From a virus, in the IMG/VR virus record IMGVR_UViG_3300038379_000484, positions 471-64,470 of that record: a stretch of 64,000 nt of DNA, one strand, 5' to 3'. The notes below the pieces were generated by a model. It was not told the DNA's origin, ran no database searches, and saw only the letters and a program-made list of their open reading frames with translations. Of the stretch, positions 36,156-44,439 are shown one piece after another. Made by a program: the position numbers and the translations under genes. Each line of letters opens with the position of its first letter. The stretch's first letter is position 1.

Positions 36156-36400
36156 GCCTTCCTCCCAGCCGCCACGGGGGCGAGGAAGGTGCGGAGATCG
36201 GCGAAGACCACGCCGAGACAGCGGACAAGCTCCAGCGTCGAGACGCCGCAAGCGTTGGCGATCGAGACGAATTCGGGTCCGCTGACGTCGCAGCGCAGGA
36301 ACATCAACGTTTCCGGGGCGATGCGTGCGGGAAGGTGCGGCAGCCGGCGCGAGGCTTCGGCGCAGGCATTCGCGACAGTGACGTAGGGCGCAGTGGCCAT
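36152..36400 (-). CDS. hypothetical protein, 82 aa
   Basis: Probable first gene of the leftward early cluster; SD GGAGA. Confidence 0.5.
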   Translation of the reverse strand: MATAPYVTVANACAEASRRLPHLPARIAPETLMFLRCDVSGPEFVSIANACGVSTLELVRCLGVVFADLRTFLAPVAAGRKA

Positions 36401-36610
36401 GTGCAAGTCTCCAGCCCCAGCCGGCGCGAGGTCGCGTCAGTCTGCTGGGGAGATCGGCTACATGCAGAAAGCGTGCCACCTCGGCCTTGCGTGCGTGCGC
36501 ATGCGTGCGCGTTCGATGCGTGAGGGCGCGGACGAAGGTGGGAGGGCGGGAAGGGGAGCGGGGGCGGCGTTGACGTCGCACGCCGTCACTGTCTGACGCC
36601 CGGCGTCAGC

Positions 36611-36624
36611 GTCAGGATGCTGAC
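36611..36624. promoter_or_regulatory. operator-like palindrome GTCAGGATGCTGAC
   Basis: One mismatch to the 28490 palindrome; intergenic, upstream of the early cluster. Confidence 0.55.
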
Positions 36625-36878
36625 GGACCCGCGCCCGGCACCGGCGCGTCGTCGAGCGCTGTCGCCGGTGACGCAGCACGAGGAGCGCAATCGTCGTGGC
36701 GTGGCGCGCAGCGCGTGCACCAAGGCGGCGGCCGGCGGGCAGCCCGCGGTGGCGCAGCAACCACCCCCGGCGCACCGGACCACGCCAGCGCCCCCGGGGC
36801 CCGGGAAACTTCATATACCCCCGTCCACGCGCGCTTACCCGCCCTCACCGCTGCTGCGGTGCAACACCCCCCGGCCCA

Positions 36879-36894
36879 TGTTTCACGTGGAACA
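36879..36894. promoter_or_regulatory. parS: chromosomal-type parS site (ParB/Spo0J binding)
   Basis: TGTTTCACGTGGAACA, whose reverse complement TGTTCCACGTGAAACA is the canonical bacterial parS 16-mer; intergenic. Confidence 0.8.
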
Positions 36895-36969
36895 CCATGG
36901 GGGCGTGTGAGCGCTCGCTCAGCTTTTCCGCCAGTCCAGATCAGGAGAGTGAGTGGTCACTCACATCGT

Positions 36970-37040
36970 TGGAGCGGGTGGCGGGAGTTGAACCCGCGGG
37001 GCGCGGTTGTCGAGGCCGAGCCCCTGCCCGGCACACCCAC
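36970..37040 (-). ncRNA. tRNA-like RNA (acceptor stem, T-arm, CCA; no canonical D or anticodon arm), 71 nt
   Basis: GUGGGUG/CACCCGC acceptor stem, U73, encoded CCA, T-arm GCGGG-UUCAACU-CCCGC; central 36 nt folds as a GGGGC/GCCCC helix. Confidence 0.6.
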
Positions 37041-37294
37041 GTTGGCCGGCAGTCACGCCGGCTGACGGTCGCCTCCTCCCGAGGCCGGGAGGCCGAGGCT
37101 CGAAACGAGAGGGAAACAGGCACCCTCGTCCGCTGACGCCGTCGTCGCATTCGCTGTATATCCGGGCGGGGCCCCGGCTTGCGATCGTCGCTATGCGCAG
37201 CGATGGGATCGGGCTTGGTGAACAGCCCCAGCGTCCCCCTCCACCTGTCCAGCAGCCTTCGGGGTACGGGTGGAGCCTGCGCTCAACCCGGGGC

Positions 37295-37324
37295 TTGCGT
37301 CAACAGGGCGCGGGGCGTTACGAT
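37295..37324 (+). promoter_or_regulatory. candidate promoter of the packaging/structural operon
   Basis: TTGCGT-N18-TACGAT, followed by the palindrome at 37336-37351. Confidence 0.45.
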
Positions 37325-37364
37325 GGAAAAATCTGGTGAGCGAGCGCTCACACTGAGGAGAGCC

Positions 37365-37415
37365 ATGGGTTGTCCCTGCCGCGGGCGTCGCCCCACACCA
37401 CCGCCGAAGCGCTAG
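37365..37415 (+). CDS. 16-aa basic micro-ORF upstream of terS
   Basis: SD GAGGAG; MGCPCRGRRPTPPPKR; stop 2 nt before the terS ATG. Confidence 0.4.
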   Translation: MGCPCRGRRPTPPPKR

Positions 37416-37417
37416 CT

Positions 37418-38008
37418 ATGGTCTGGGGCGGGAAGGGCAGGCGCGACGACTACCGCCGTCTCGATGAGATCGGCTACGACGTCGTCGACGCCAGAGTCGC
37501 AGCAAGCCTCGATCAAGCGCGTCGCGACCGCCCCGACGACAAGTACCCCGAGCGCGGCGCCTTCACAGCGGTCGCCGCCGAGTTGAAGGTCTCCGACTTC
37601 AACCTGCGCATGTGGTGGCGCCGCCAGCGCACCATCGTCTTCCTCGCCGACACCGACCCCGCCGAAATCCTCGACCTCATCGCGAGCGGCCTCACGCCTG
37701 CCGACATCGCCTTGGAGTACGACGTCAGCGTCCGTGTCGTCGAGGAATGGATACGCAGCAACGCCGCCACCGAGGACGTGGCCGCGGCGAAGGACGCGAT
37801 GGCCGACATGAAGTTCGCCCGCGTCAGACGCGAGATCGAGGCCGCGCGCTCCGAGACCGAGATCAAGAGGGCATTGGCCTGCCACGGCATAGACAAGCAC
37901 GTGGCCGCCGCCAACAGCCGCAGATACTCGGAGGACAAGAACGTGCGCATCAACGCCGGACAGGCCACGGTGATGGAGATCAGCTTCGTCAGGAAGCCCG
38001 AACAATGA
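37418..38008 (+). CDS. terS: terminase small subunit, ~196 aa
   Basis: HTH (ADIALEYDVSVRVVEEWI), helical oligomerisation region; position upstream of terL. Confidence 0.7.
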   Translation: MVWGGKGRRDDYRRLDEIGYDVVDARVAASLDQARRDRPDDKYPERGAFTAVAAELKVSDFNLRMWWRRQRTIVFLADTDPAEILDLIASGLTPADIALEYDVSVRVVEEWIRSNAATEDVAAAKDAMADMKFARVRREIEAARSETEIKRALACHGIDKHVAAANSRRYSEDKNVRINAGQATVMEISFVRKPEQ

Positions 38009-38121
38009 CGCGTGCGTCCTGGTCACGCGTTGCCGGCATCGTCCTCGCCATCGTGGCGACGATGGCCGCGGGCATGCTCGCCGTCTACGCCTACCTGATG
38101 ATGACGGGGCCGAGGCTGTGA
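38005..38121 (+). CDS. 38-aa single-TM protein
   Basis: ATGA coupling; hydrophobic. Confidence 0.45.
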   Translation: MTRASWSRVAGIVLAIVATMAAGMLAVYAYLMMTGPRL

Positions 38122-38294
38122 TGATCGTCGCCAGAATCGCAAGGGTCGAGGACAAGCTCGTCGTGTTCTTCGACTGCCCGAACTGCGGCACCCAGCACTA
38201 CGTCTGCCCGCCCCCGCTCGAATCCGTGGACGGGAACTGCGAGCAGTGCGGGGCAGAGATCGTCATCGAGCCCGTCATGGGTGGCAACTCGTGA
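38121..38294 (+). CDS. Zn-ribbon protein, 57 aa
   Basis: CPNC...CEQC; overlaps the terL start. Confidence 0.55.
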   Translation: MIVARIARVEDKLVVFFDCPNCGTQHYVCPPPLESVDGNCEQCGAEIVIEPVMGGNS

Positions 38295-39757
38295 CCAACA
38301 TCGCCTCCTTTGAGCAGAAGGCGAAGCCAGCCATCCGCTACCAGCCGCCGTGCGAGGTCGTCGAAGCCTTCCACAACACGAAAGCGCTCGTTCGCGGCAT
38401 CAAGGGCCCGCGCGGGTCGGGCAAGAGCGGGGCCTGCGTGATGGAGGGAATGGGCGCAGCCGGCGCGCAGACACCGAACCACGAGGGCCGACGCAGAACC
38501 CGATTTCTCGTCCTTCGCGACACCTACCGGCAGTTGGAGACCACCACGATCCCCAGCTTCAGGAAGTGGCTGGGACATGCCACCCGCCTCACCGGTCAGT
38601 ACCCGATCAAGGGCTACACCAAGATCCCGCTCCCGGATCAGACCGTGCTGGAGATGGAGACGGTGTTCCTCGCCATGGACGGCGAGAACATCATCGACAA
38701 CCTGCAGTCCTTCGAGGCGAGCTTCGCCTGGGTGAACGAGGCCAGAGCCATCGCCAACCGCAACGTCATCAACATGATCGTGGCAAGCTGTGGCCGCTTC
38801 CCCTCGAAGGACGAGGAGGGCTGCACCAATTCGTTCGTCGTCATGGACACCAACCCCTGCGACGAATTTCACTGGTGGTATCAGGACGATGTTGTCGAGC
38901 GCCCGCGCGGCTGGGAGTTCTTCTCGCAGGTGGCGCCGCTCGTCTACATGAAGGACTCGCCCATCTTCTTGAACGACCCCGACTTCTACACGGCGAATGC
39001 AGCCGCCACCTACGCCCGCATTCAGAACAAGGGCTACGCGTACTGGCTCGACCAGATCCCGGGTGCGACCGACCAGTTCATCCGCACCATGGTCATGGGC
39101 AAGTACGGGACGGTCGTTGCGGGCAAGGCCGTCTACGCGCAGTTCTGGTCGGAGGAGTGCGTGGCGCAGCAGCCGCTGGAGTGGCTGCAGCAATTGCCGA
39201 TCGTGATCGGCATCGACACCTCCGGGCTCCACCCCGGCGCGGTCTTCTGCCAAGCCTATGGTGGTCGTATCCACGTCCTGCGCGAGGTTCATGCGAAAGA
39301 CACGCCCTTCGACAGCTTCGCCGAGAGCGTGTTGGCGCCGATGATCGCGCAGGAGTTCCGCCTGAACCCGATCGTTGCCGTCGTCGACCCCTCGAATCCG
39401 AGGGCTGGTGTCGGCGGCAAGCGCGCATCGCAGGTGCTCGAAGGCTGGGGCATCCACACCGTACTCGCGCCCACGAACAGGCTCAACCAGCGCCTGGGCG
39501 CGGTGACGAAGCTGCTCCAGCGCAGGCAGGCTTTTCTCGTCGATCGCTCGTGCAAGCTCGTCATCGAGGGCTTCAGAGGCAAGTACCACTACAAGAAGAT
39601 CGACTCAAGTGGGTTGATCGAGGCGTACAAGCCCGAGCCGGAGAAGGACGTCTACGCCGATGTCCACGACGGCCTGCAATACGCGTGCCTCTACTACGAG
39701 CGCGGGGCCACGACTGACAAGGTCGTGGTGCCGCCGCGCAGGGTGATGATGGTGTGA
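38291..39757 (+). CDS. terL: terminase large subunit, ~488 aa
   Basis: Walker A GPRGSGKS, Walker B AWVNEA, MDTNP coupling motif, RNase H GIDT/VDPS/DVHDGLQY. Confidence 0.92.
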   Translation: MTNIASFEQKAKPAIRYQPPCEVVEAFHNTKALVRGIKGPRGSGKSGACVMEGMGAAGAQTPNHEGRRRTRFLVLRDTYRQLETTTIPSFRKWLGHATRLTGQYPIKGYTKIPLPDQTVLEMETVFLAMDGENIIDNLQSFEASFAWVNEARAIANRNVINMIVASCGRFPSKDEEGCTNSFVVMDTNPCDEFHWWYQDDVVERPRGWEFFSQVAPLVYMKDSPIFLNDPDFYTANAAATYARIQNKGYAYWLDQIPGATDQFIRTMVMGKYGTVVAGKAVYAQFWSEECVAQQPLEWLQQLPIVIGIDTSGLHPGAVFCQAYGGRIHVLREVHAKDTPFDSFAESVLAPMIAQEFRLNPIVAVVDPSNPRAGVGGKRASQVLEGWGIHTVLAPTNRLNQRLGAVTKLLQRRQAFLVDRSCKLVIEGFRGKYHYKKIDSSGLIEAYKPEPEKDVYADVHDGLQYACLYYERGATTDKVVVPPRRVMMV

Positions 39758-41829
39758 ACGCCGTCGCCCCCAGCCAAGAAGTTGTTGCCGTCGCCAGCGA
39801 CCGCCAGACGATCGCCGACGGATCCAAGGGCGCGGCATCGCGCTTCGATCCGCTTGCGGATCTCGTCGTCAGGCGCTGGTGGGATGCGTGGCAGTACCGG
39901 CAGTCCTACCAGCTTGGCGATTGCGCGGTCGAGACCATTCTCGGCCGCTGTTACAGGCAGCGCGCGGGCGTGTACGAGCCAGATGAGGTCGGTCTCCTCG
40001 ACGGCATCGACGTCTACGTCCCGCTGACCGACATGAAGTGCATGGCCGCCGAGGCGTGGTTGAGGGACATGCTCGCCACCGTCATCGAGATGCCGTTCAC
40101 GATCGAGCCCACGCCGCTGCCCGATCTCCCGGAGCGGCTGAAGCAGAAGATCCTGCGCGATCTCAAGCTGGAGATCGCCACCGCCGCCAGCGGCGGTCAG
40201 GTCTTTGCTGTGGCCCAGCGTCTTGGCGAGCTTCCTCGTGATCTCGCCGACATGGCCTTCGGGCAGATGATCTCCGACTACCCCGGAGATCTCGCCGACG
40301 TAGCCGCTCGTCTGAAGGAGGCCGCGCACTCCATGGCCTTCTACGAGGCGAAGCAAGCCACGGACAGGATGTCGGTTCTCATCCGCGACCAACTCGTGCA
40401 GATGCAGTGGGTGCAGGCGCTGATGCACATCTTCCACGACATGGTCACGTACCCGGCCGCGGTCCTCAAAGGCCCGATCCTGGTGGAGAAGCCGCGCATT
40501 CGCTGGCAGGGCAATCGCCGTGTCGTCAGATCCGAGCAGGGTCTGGAGTGCTATCGCGTCGCGCCTTTCGACATCATGCCCAGCGCCGACAGCCCCGACT
40601 GCCAGCGCGGCACCTTCATCATCGAGAAGGCGAGGATGACGCGGCGCTCTCTGGCGTGGGCGCGCCGACAGCGGTTCTGGATCACTGAGAACGTAGACAA
40701 GATCCTTGAGGAGTACCGCACCTATCAACGAAATTGGCTCGTCTTCGGCACGAGCTACAACCTGGAGCAGCCCATCATCACCCCCAACCTCTGGGGCGAT
40801 GAGGAGACGATCGACGTCCTCGAACACCACGGCATCTTGAGCGGTCGCGAGCTTCGCCCCTACGGCTTCAGCGCCGACGATCGGCAGTTCTACGAGGCAA
40901 AGATCGTGGTCTGTGGTGGGCGCACGCTCTGCGCGAAGGTGAACGGCGTCCCGCATCTGGCCGAGCGTCCCTATCACAACGCCAGCTACGAGATGATGGG
41001 CGACCAGTTCTGGAATCTGTGCCCGACGATGAAGCTGCGCGATGTGCAGCGCACCGTCAACGCCGCCGTGCGTGCGCAGATCCGCAACATGGCCTTCTCA
41101 AGCGGGCCCCTCGCCGAGATCGATGTCGCGCGCGTGCAGCGCTACGTCACGGACATCGCGCAGTTGATGCGCACCGACCCCTACTCGGCTTTGCTCACCG
41201 ATCCCGACATGATGAACGGCGGCAGGCCAGCGCGCCAGTTCCAGAACGTGCCGCAGATCATTGTGCCCTTGCAGAACACGATCGCCTTCTACATGAAGAT
41301 GGCTGACGACGTCAGCAACATTCCCGCCTACGCTCAGGGCGAGACCGGGCTTCAGGGGGCGGGGCGCACCTACCGCGGGTTCTCGGCTGTGTTCGCTCAG
41401 GCCATCAAGGTGTTCAAGATGCCGGTCCAGAACCTCGATGTCGGCGTCTTCCAGCCCTTTGGCACCCAGCTTTACAACTACAACATGACGACGGCGAAGG
41501 ACGAGAGCATCAAAGGCGATGCCGAGGTCCGTGCACGCGGCAGTCAGGGCTTGGTCGATCGCGAGCAGCAGCAGCAGAAGGCGCTGGAGGCGATGCAGGT
41601 GGTGACGCAGATGTCGCCTGCCGTTGCCGAGATCGCGCCCGAGGAGGCAAGACGCGTGCTCCGCTACACCTGGGCGAAGGCGATGGAGGGCTTGGGCCTG
41701 CCCATCCGTCAGTTCGGGCTGGAGCCAGAGGTTGAGGCCGCGCTCGGCGCGAAGGGCATGACTGCTGAGGGCGAGCCCGGCTCGGCGACGCCCATCCCAT
41801 CGATCGGCGCCACGCCATCACCCGGATAG
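39754..41829 (+). CDS. portal protein, 691 aa
   Basis: Follows terL; PFTIEPTP.PDL, VLKGP, LRDVQR.VNA..R....NMA.SSGP, GETG..GAGRT.RGFS podophage portal motifs. Confidence 0.85.
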   Translation: MNAVAPSQEVVAVASDRQTIADGSKGAASRFDPLADLVVRRWWDAWQYRQSYQLGDCAVETILGRCYRQRAGVYEPDEVGLLDGIDVYVPLTDMKCMAAEAWLRDMLATVIEMPFTIEPTPLPDLPERLKQKILRDLKLEIATAASGGQVFAVAQRLGELPRDLADMAFGQMISDYPGDLADVAARLKEAAHSMAFYEAKQATDRMSVLIRDQLVQMQWVQALMHIFHDMVTYPAAVLKGPILVEKPRIRWQGNRRVVRSEQGLECYRVAPFDIMPSADSPDCQRGTFIIEKARMTRRSLAWARRQRFWITENVDKILEEYRTYQRNWLVFGTSYNLEQPIITPNLWGDEETIDVLEHHGILSGRELRPYGFSADDRQFYEAKIVVCGGRTLCAKVNGVPHLAERPYHNASYEMMGDQFWNLCPTMKLRDVQRTVNAAVRAQIRNMAFSSGPLAEIDVARVQRYVTDIAQLMRTDPYSALLTDPDMMNGGRPARQFQNVPQIIVPLQNTIAFYMKMADDVSNIPAYAQGETGLQGAGRTYRGFSAVFAQAIKVFKMPVQNLDVGVFQPFGTQLYNYNMTTAKDESIKGDAEVRARGSQGLVDREQQQQKALEAMQVVTQMSPAVAEIAPEEARRVLRYTWAKAMEGLGLPIRQFGLEPEVEAALGAKGMTAEGEPGSATPIPSIGATPSPG

Positions 41830-41837
41830 GAGAAGAC

Positions 41838-42101
41838 ATGCTTGACGGTTTCGTGGTCGACATCGGCAACAACCTCTACGACATCTTGCTCGGGCAGATG
41901 GGTCAGGTGACTGTCGTCAGCCAGACGTCGATTACGGTCGACTTCGGCGGTAACCGTGTCCTCACCTATGTCGGCAACGGCCAGTTCGCCGGGCGCCGGC
42001 GCCTGTACTGGCGTGATCCGGTGCTCACGCTTCCGCAGAAGAACGACCCGCAGTGGCAGTTGCTGCAGGCCGTGGTCAACACCATCCGCGCCAACGCTTA
42101 G
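41838..42101 (+). CDS. small SH3-like hypothetical protein, 87 aa
   Basis: SD AGGAG. Confidence 0.6.
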   Translation: MLDGFVVDIGNNLYDILLGQMGQVTVVSQTSITVDFGGNRVLTYVGNGQFAGRRRLYWRDPVLTLPQKNDPQWQLLQAVVNTIRANA

Positions 42102-42110
42102 GAGGAAGTC

Positions 42111-42488
42111 ATGCAAGGCTACGTTCAAGAGTGCGGTGTCAGAATCCCGGGCAAGCCGTGGGTGCCGACCCCGCCCGGTCCTCAGTTCTGTGGGCAGGCG
42201 CTTCGTGGCGGGGTCACGCACGAGCGCTCGAATGCGCCCGTGACCGACGTCTGCGGACGCCCGCTTGCGTGCGAGCGCACGCCGACGGTGGTGTTGCAGC
42301 CCACCTGCTACTCGCTCCCGACATGGCCCGAGGGCTGCTCGCAGCCGGCGTATGTGCGCATCACCGTCAACGATGACTGCAGCGCCGTCCGCGGTCCCGT
42401 GGTGGACGCGACGAACACGCCCATCGTGAGCGCGACCGAGGTGGTGTGCAGCATCCGTTCCGGGCTCCCCGTGATCCCGGCGGCGTAA
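42111..42488 (+). CDS. Cys-rich putative virion protein, 125 aa
   Basis: SD AGGAGG; 8 Cys. Confidence 0.65.
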   Translation: MQGYVQECGVRIPGKPWVPTPPGPQFCGQALRGGVTHERSNAPVTDVCGRPLACERTPTVVLQPTCYSLPTWPEGCSQPAYVRITVNDDCSAVRGPVVDATNTPIVSATEVVCSIRSGLPVIPAA

Positions 42489-42501
42489 GCGGGAGACGAT
42501 C

Positions 42502-44439
42502 ATGGCCAACCCACTGGATTGCAACGGCAAGCCGTTGCCGTGGTCGACGGAGCGCTGCGGCCCCGGGCCTGTGATCGTCGACGTCTGCTACACCGTGCCG
42601 CCATCGCTGGTCGTGCTGGAGGGCACGAAGGCGATGACGCTGAACCCGGATTGCACGGTTGCTTCCACCGTCATCCGCGACTCCAACGACGTCCCCGTTC
42701 CTGGTGCTGTCGAGGTGACGTGCCCGTCGGCTGAGGGCTGCTGCGATCCCGGCAGTTTGTGCTCGATCCTGCAGGCGTTGCCCACACAGGTTCCAGGCGT
42801 CGGCGACACCGCTGTCTTCGTCACCCCTGCCGGCTGCTTCCTCGGCGTGCCCGGTGGTGGTGGTGGCGGCTTCCCCGGCTATGGCGCGCCGGTTGCGACC
42901 GCCTGTGCGAATGCGCCCGGCGTGTCCGCGCTCGCCGCGCGCGCCGACCACGTTCACCGCAGCGAGATTCCGGTCGCCGAGGACGGCGCCGCCGTCGGCA
43001 GCCGCTGTACGCTGAACTTCACGGGGACCGGCGTCTCGGTCGCCGACAACGCCGGCCTCGATCGGGTCGACGTGACGATCGACGCCTTCAACGGCGGCAC
43101 CATCACCAACCCGATCCTCGCCGCCAGCGGCTCCTGTGCCGCGCCCGCCTACAGCTTCACCGCCAGTCCCGACTCGGGGATGTTCTACACGGGCACGGCG
43201 GTTCGCGTCAGCGATGACAACTGCGACGACTACATCGAAGTCGGCGCCAGCATCAACATCGTCAGCACGTCGGGGACCGTTACCACCAGCGCCGGCACCA
43301 GCATCCTGAACATCACACCGGGATCGTTCCTTGCCATCGCCGGCACGACCGCCGGGCTGAGCGGCTCCGGCACGGTCACAGTCGTCTCCGGCGCAGCCAA
43401 CATCGACATCGACGCCGCGACCAACGTCGAAATTGGCACCGCCGGCCTCTCGCGTCTGCTCGTGCATTCGACGGGCGCGTGGGGCGTCAGCGCCGGCGGC
43501 TTCGGTCTGGCAGGACAGGTCATCACCAGCTTTGGCCCGGGCGTGCCCGTGGCGTGGGCGACGATCACGCCCGCCGGCATCGGCGCGAACCCGACGCTAG
43601 ACGTGCGCGACGCCGGCGTATCCGAGGTCGTCGGCCCGACGGTGCTCGACTTCGACGATGGCTTCGTCGTCACGCCTGCTGGCACGACGGCAACTATCGA
43701 CCTCGACTACGGCACGCCCGTCGCGACGGGGACGGCCAACGCAGCCGGCGCGTCCACGCAGACCGTGCGCGCCGATCACGTCCACCGCACGCTCGTCGGC
43801 GTTGAGGATGGCGGCGTCGCCATCGGCAGCCGGCCCACGATCAACTTCATCGAGGGCGCGAACGTCACCATCACCGTCGTCGACAACGGCGGCAGCGACC
43901 GCGTTGACGTGACCATCTCCGCCACCAGCAGCGGGCCGTCGTTCATCCAGCGCTTCACCTTCCAGGCCGACCAGTTCGATTCGCCGGTCAACGCCAACTG
44001 GGCGGTGAACGCGCTCGCTCCGGCTGCGGCCGACACGGTGAACGCGGCGATCGTCGTGCGCCGGTTCGACGACACCACGGAGGAGGGCGTCGGCGGCCTG
44101 CTCACGGTGCCGCCGGGCGCGGTCAACGCCACCTTCTACTTCAAGTGGCGGGCGCAGACCGCCCCGGGCGCCGCCGCCGGCGTGGTGCTGACCTACTACA
44201 CGCGGTCGATTCCCGACAACGCCGCCGTCGGCGCGTGGTCGGCAGCCGTCAACTTCACCACGCTCTCGGTGCCGACGAACACCAACTTCCAGTACGACAG
44301 CCAGACGATCTCGCTGGCGACGCTGGGATGGACGGCGGGCACGCTGCGCCAGTTCGAGATCACCCGACGCGGGGCGCAGGCCGGAGACACCCTCACCGGC
44401 GACTTCTGCCTCGCCGAGATGATCGTGGAGTTCACCTGA
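42502..44439 (+). CDS. fibre-like virion protein, 645 aa
   Basis: Cys-rich N-terminus, two RADHVH motifs, GSCAAPAYSF module, beta-sandwich-like C-terminus. Confidence 0.7.
   Translation: MANPLDCNGKPLPWSTERCGPGPVIVDVCYTVPPSLVVLEGTKAMTLNPDCTVASTVIRDSNDVPVPGAVEVTCPSAEGCCDPGSLCSILQALPTQVPGVGDTAVFVTPAGCFLGVPGGGGGGFPGYGAPVATACANAPGVSALAARADHVHRSEIPVAEDGAAVGSRCTLNFTGTGVSVADNAGLDRVDVTIDAFNGGTITNPILAASGSCAAPAYSFTASPDSGMFYTGTAVRVSDDNCDDYIEVGASINIVSTSGTVTTSAGTSILNITPGSFLAIAGTTAGLSGSGTVTVVSGAANIDIDAATNVEIGTAGLSRLLVHSTGAWGVSAGGFGLAGQVITSFGPGVPVAWATITPAGIGANPTLDVRDAGVSEVVGPTVLDFDDGFVVTPAGTTATIDLDYGTPVATGTANAAGASTQTVRADHVHRTLVGVEDGGVAIGSRPTINFIEGANVTITVVDNGGSDRVDVTISATSSGPSFIQRFTFQADQFDSPVNANWAVNALAPAAADTVNAAIVVRRFDDTTEEGVGGLLTVPPGAVNATFYFKWRAQTAPGAAAGVVLTYYTRSIPDNAAVGAWSAAVNFTTLSVPTNTNFQYDSQTISLATLGWTAGTLRQFEITRRGAQAGDTLTGDFCLAEMIVEFT

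Larger units (their letters stand above)
36905..37353. repeat. 17-bp perfect inverted repeat pair bracketing the non-coding hub
   Basis: TGAGCGAGCGCTCACAC on - strand at 36905-36921 and on + strand at 37337-37353; each copy is itself TGAGCG-N2-CGCTCA. Confidence 0.8.

Noticed and set aside
36905-36921. Resemblance of GCGCTCGCTCA to AAV Rep-binding and lac operator sequences
   Set aside because: Short GC-rich similarity only; no HUH Rep or LacI-family gene or vector context in the window.
36970-37040. Canonical tRNA-Gly gene
   Set aside because: No D-stem or 7-nt anticodon loop can be formed, so it is reported as tRNA-like rather than as a decoding tRNA.
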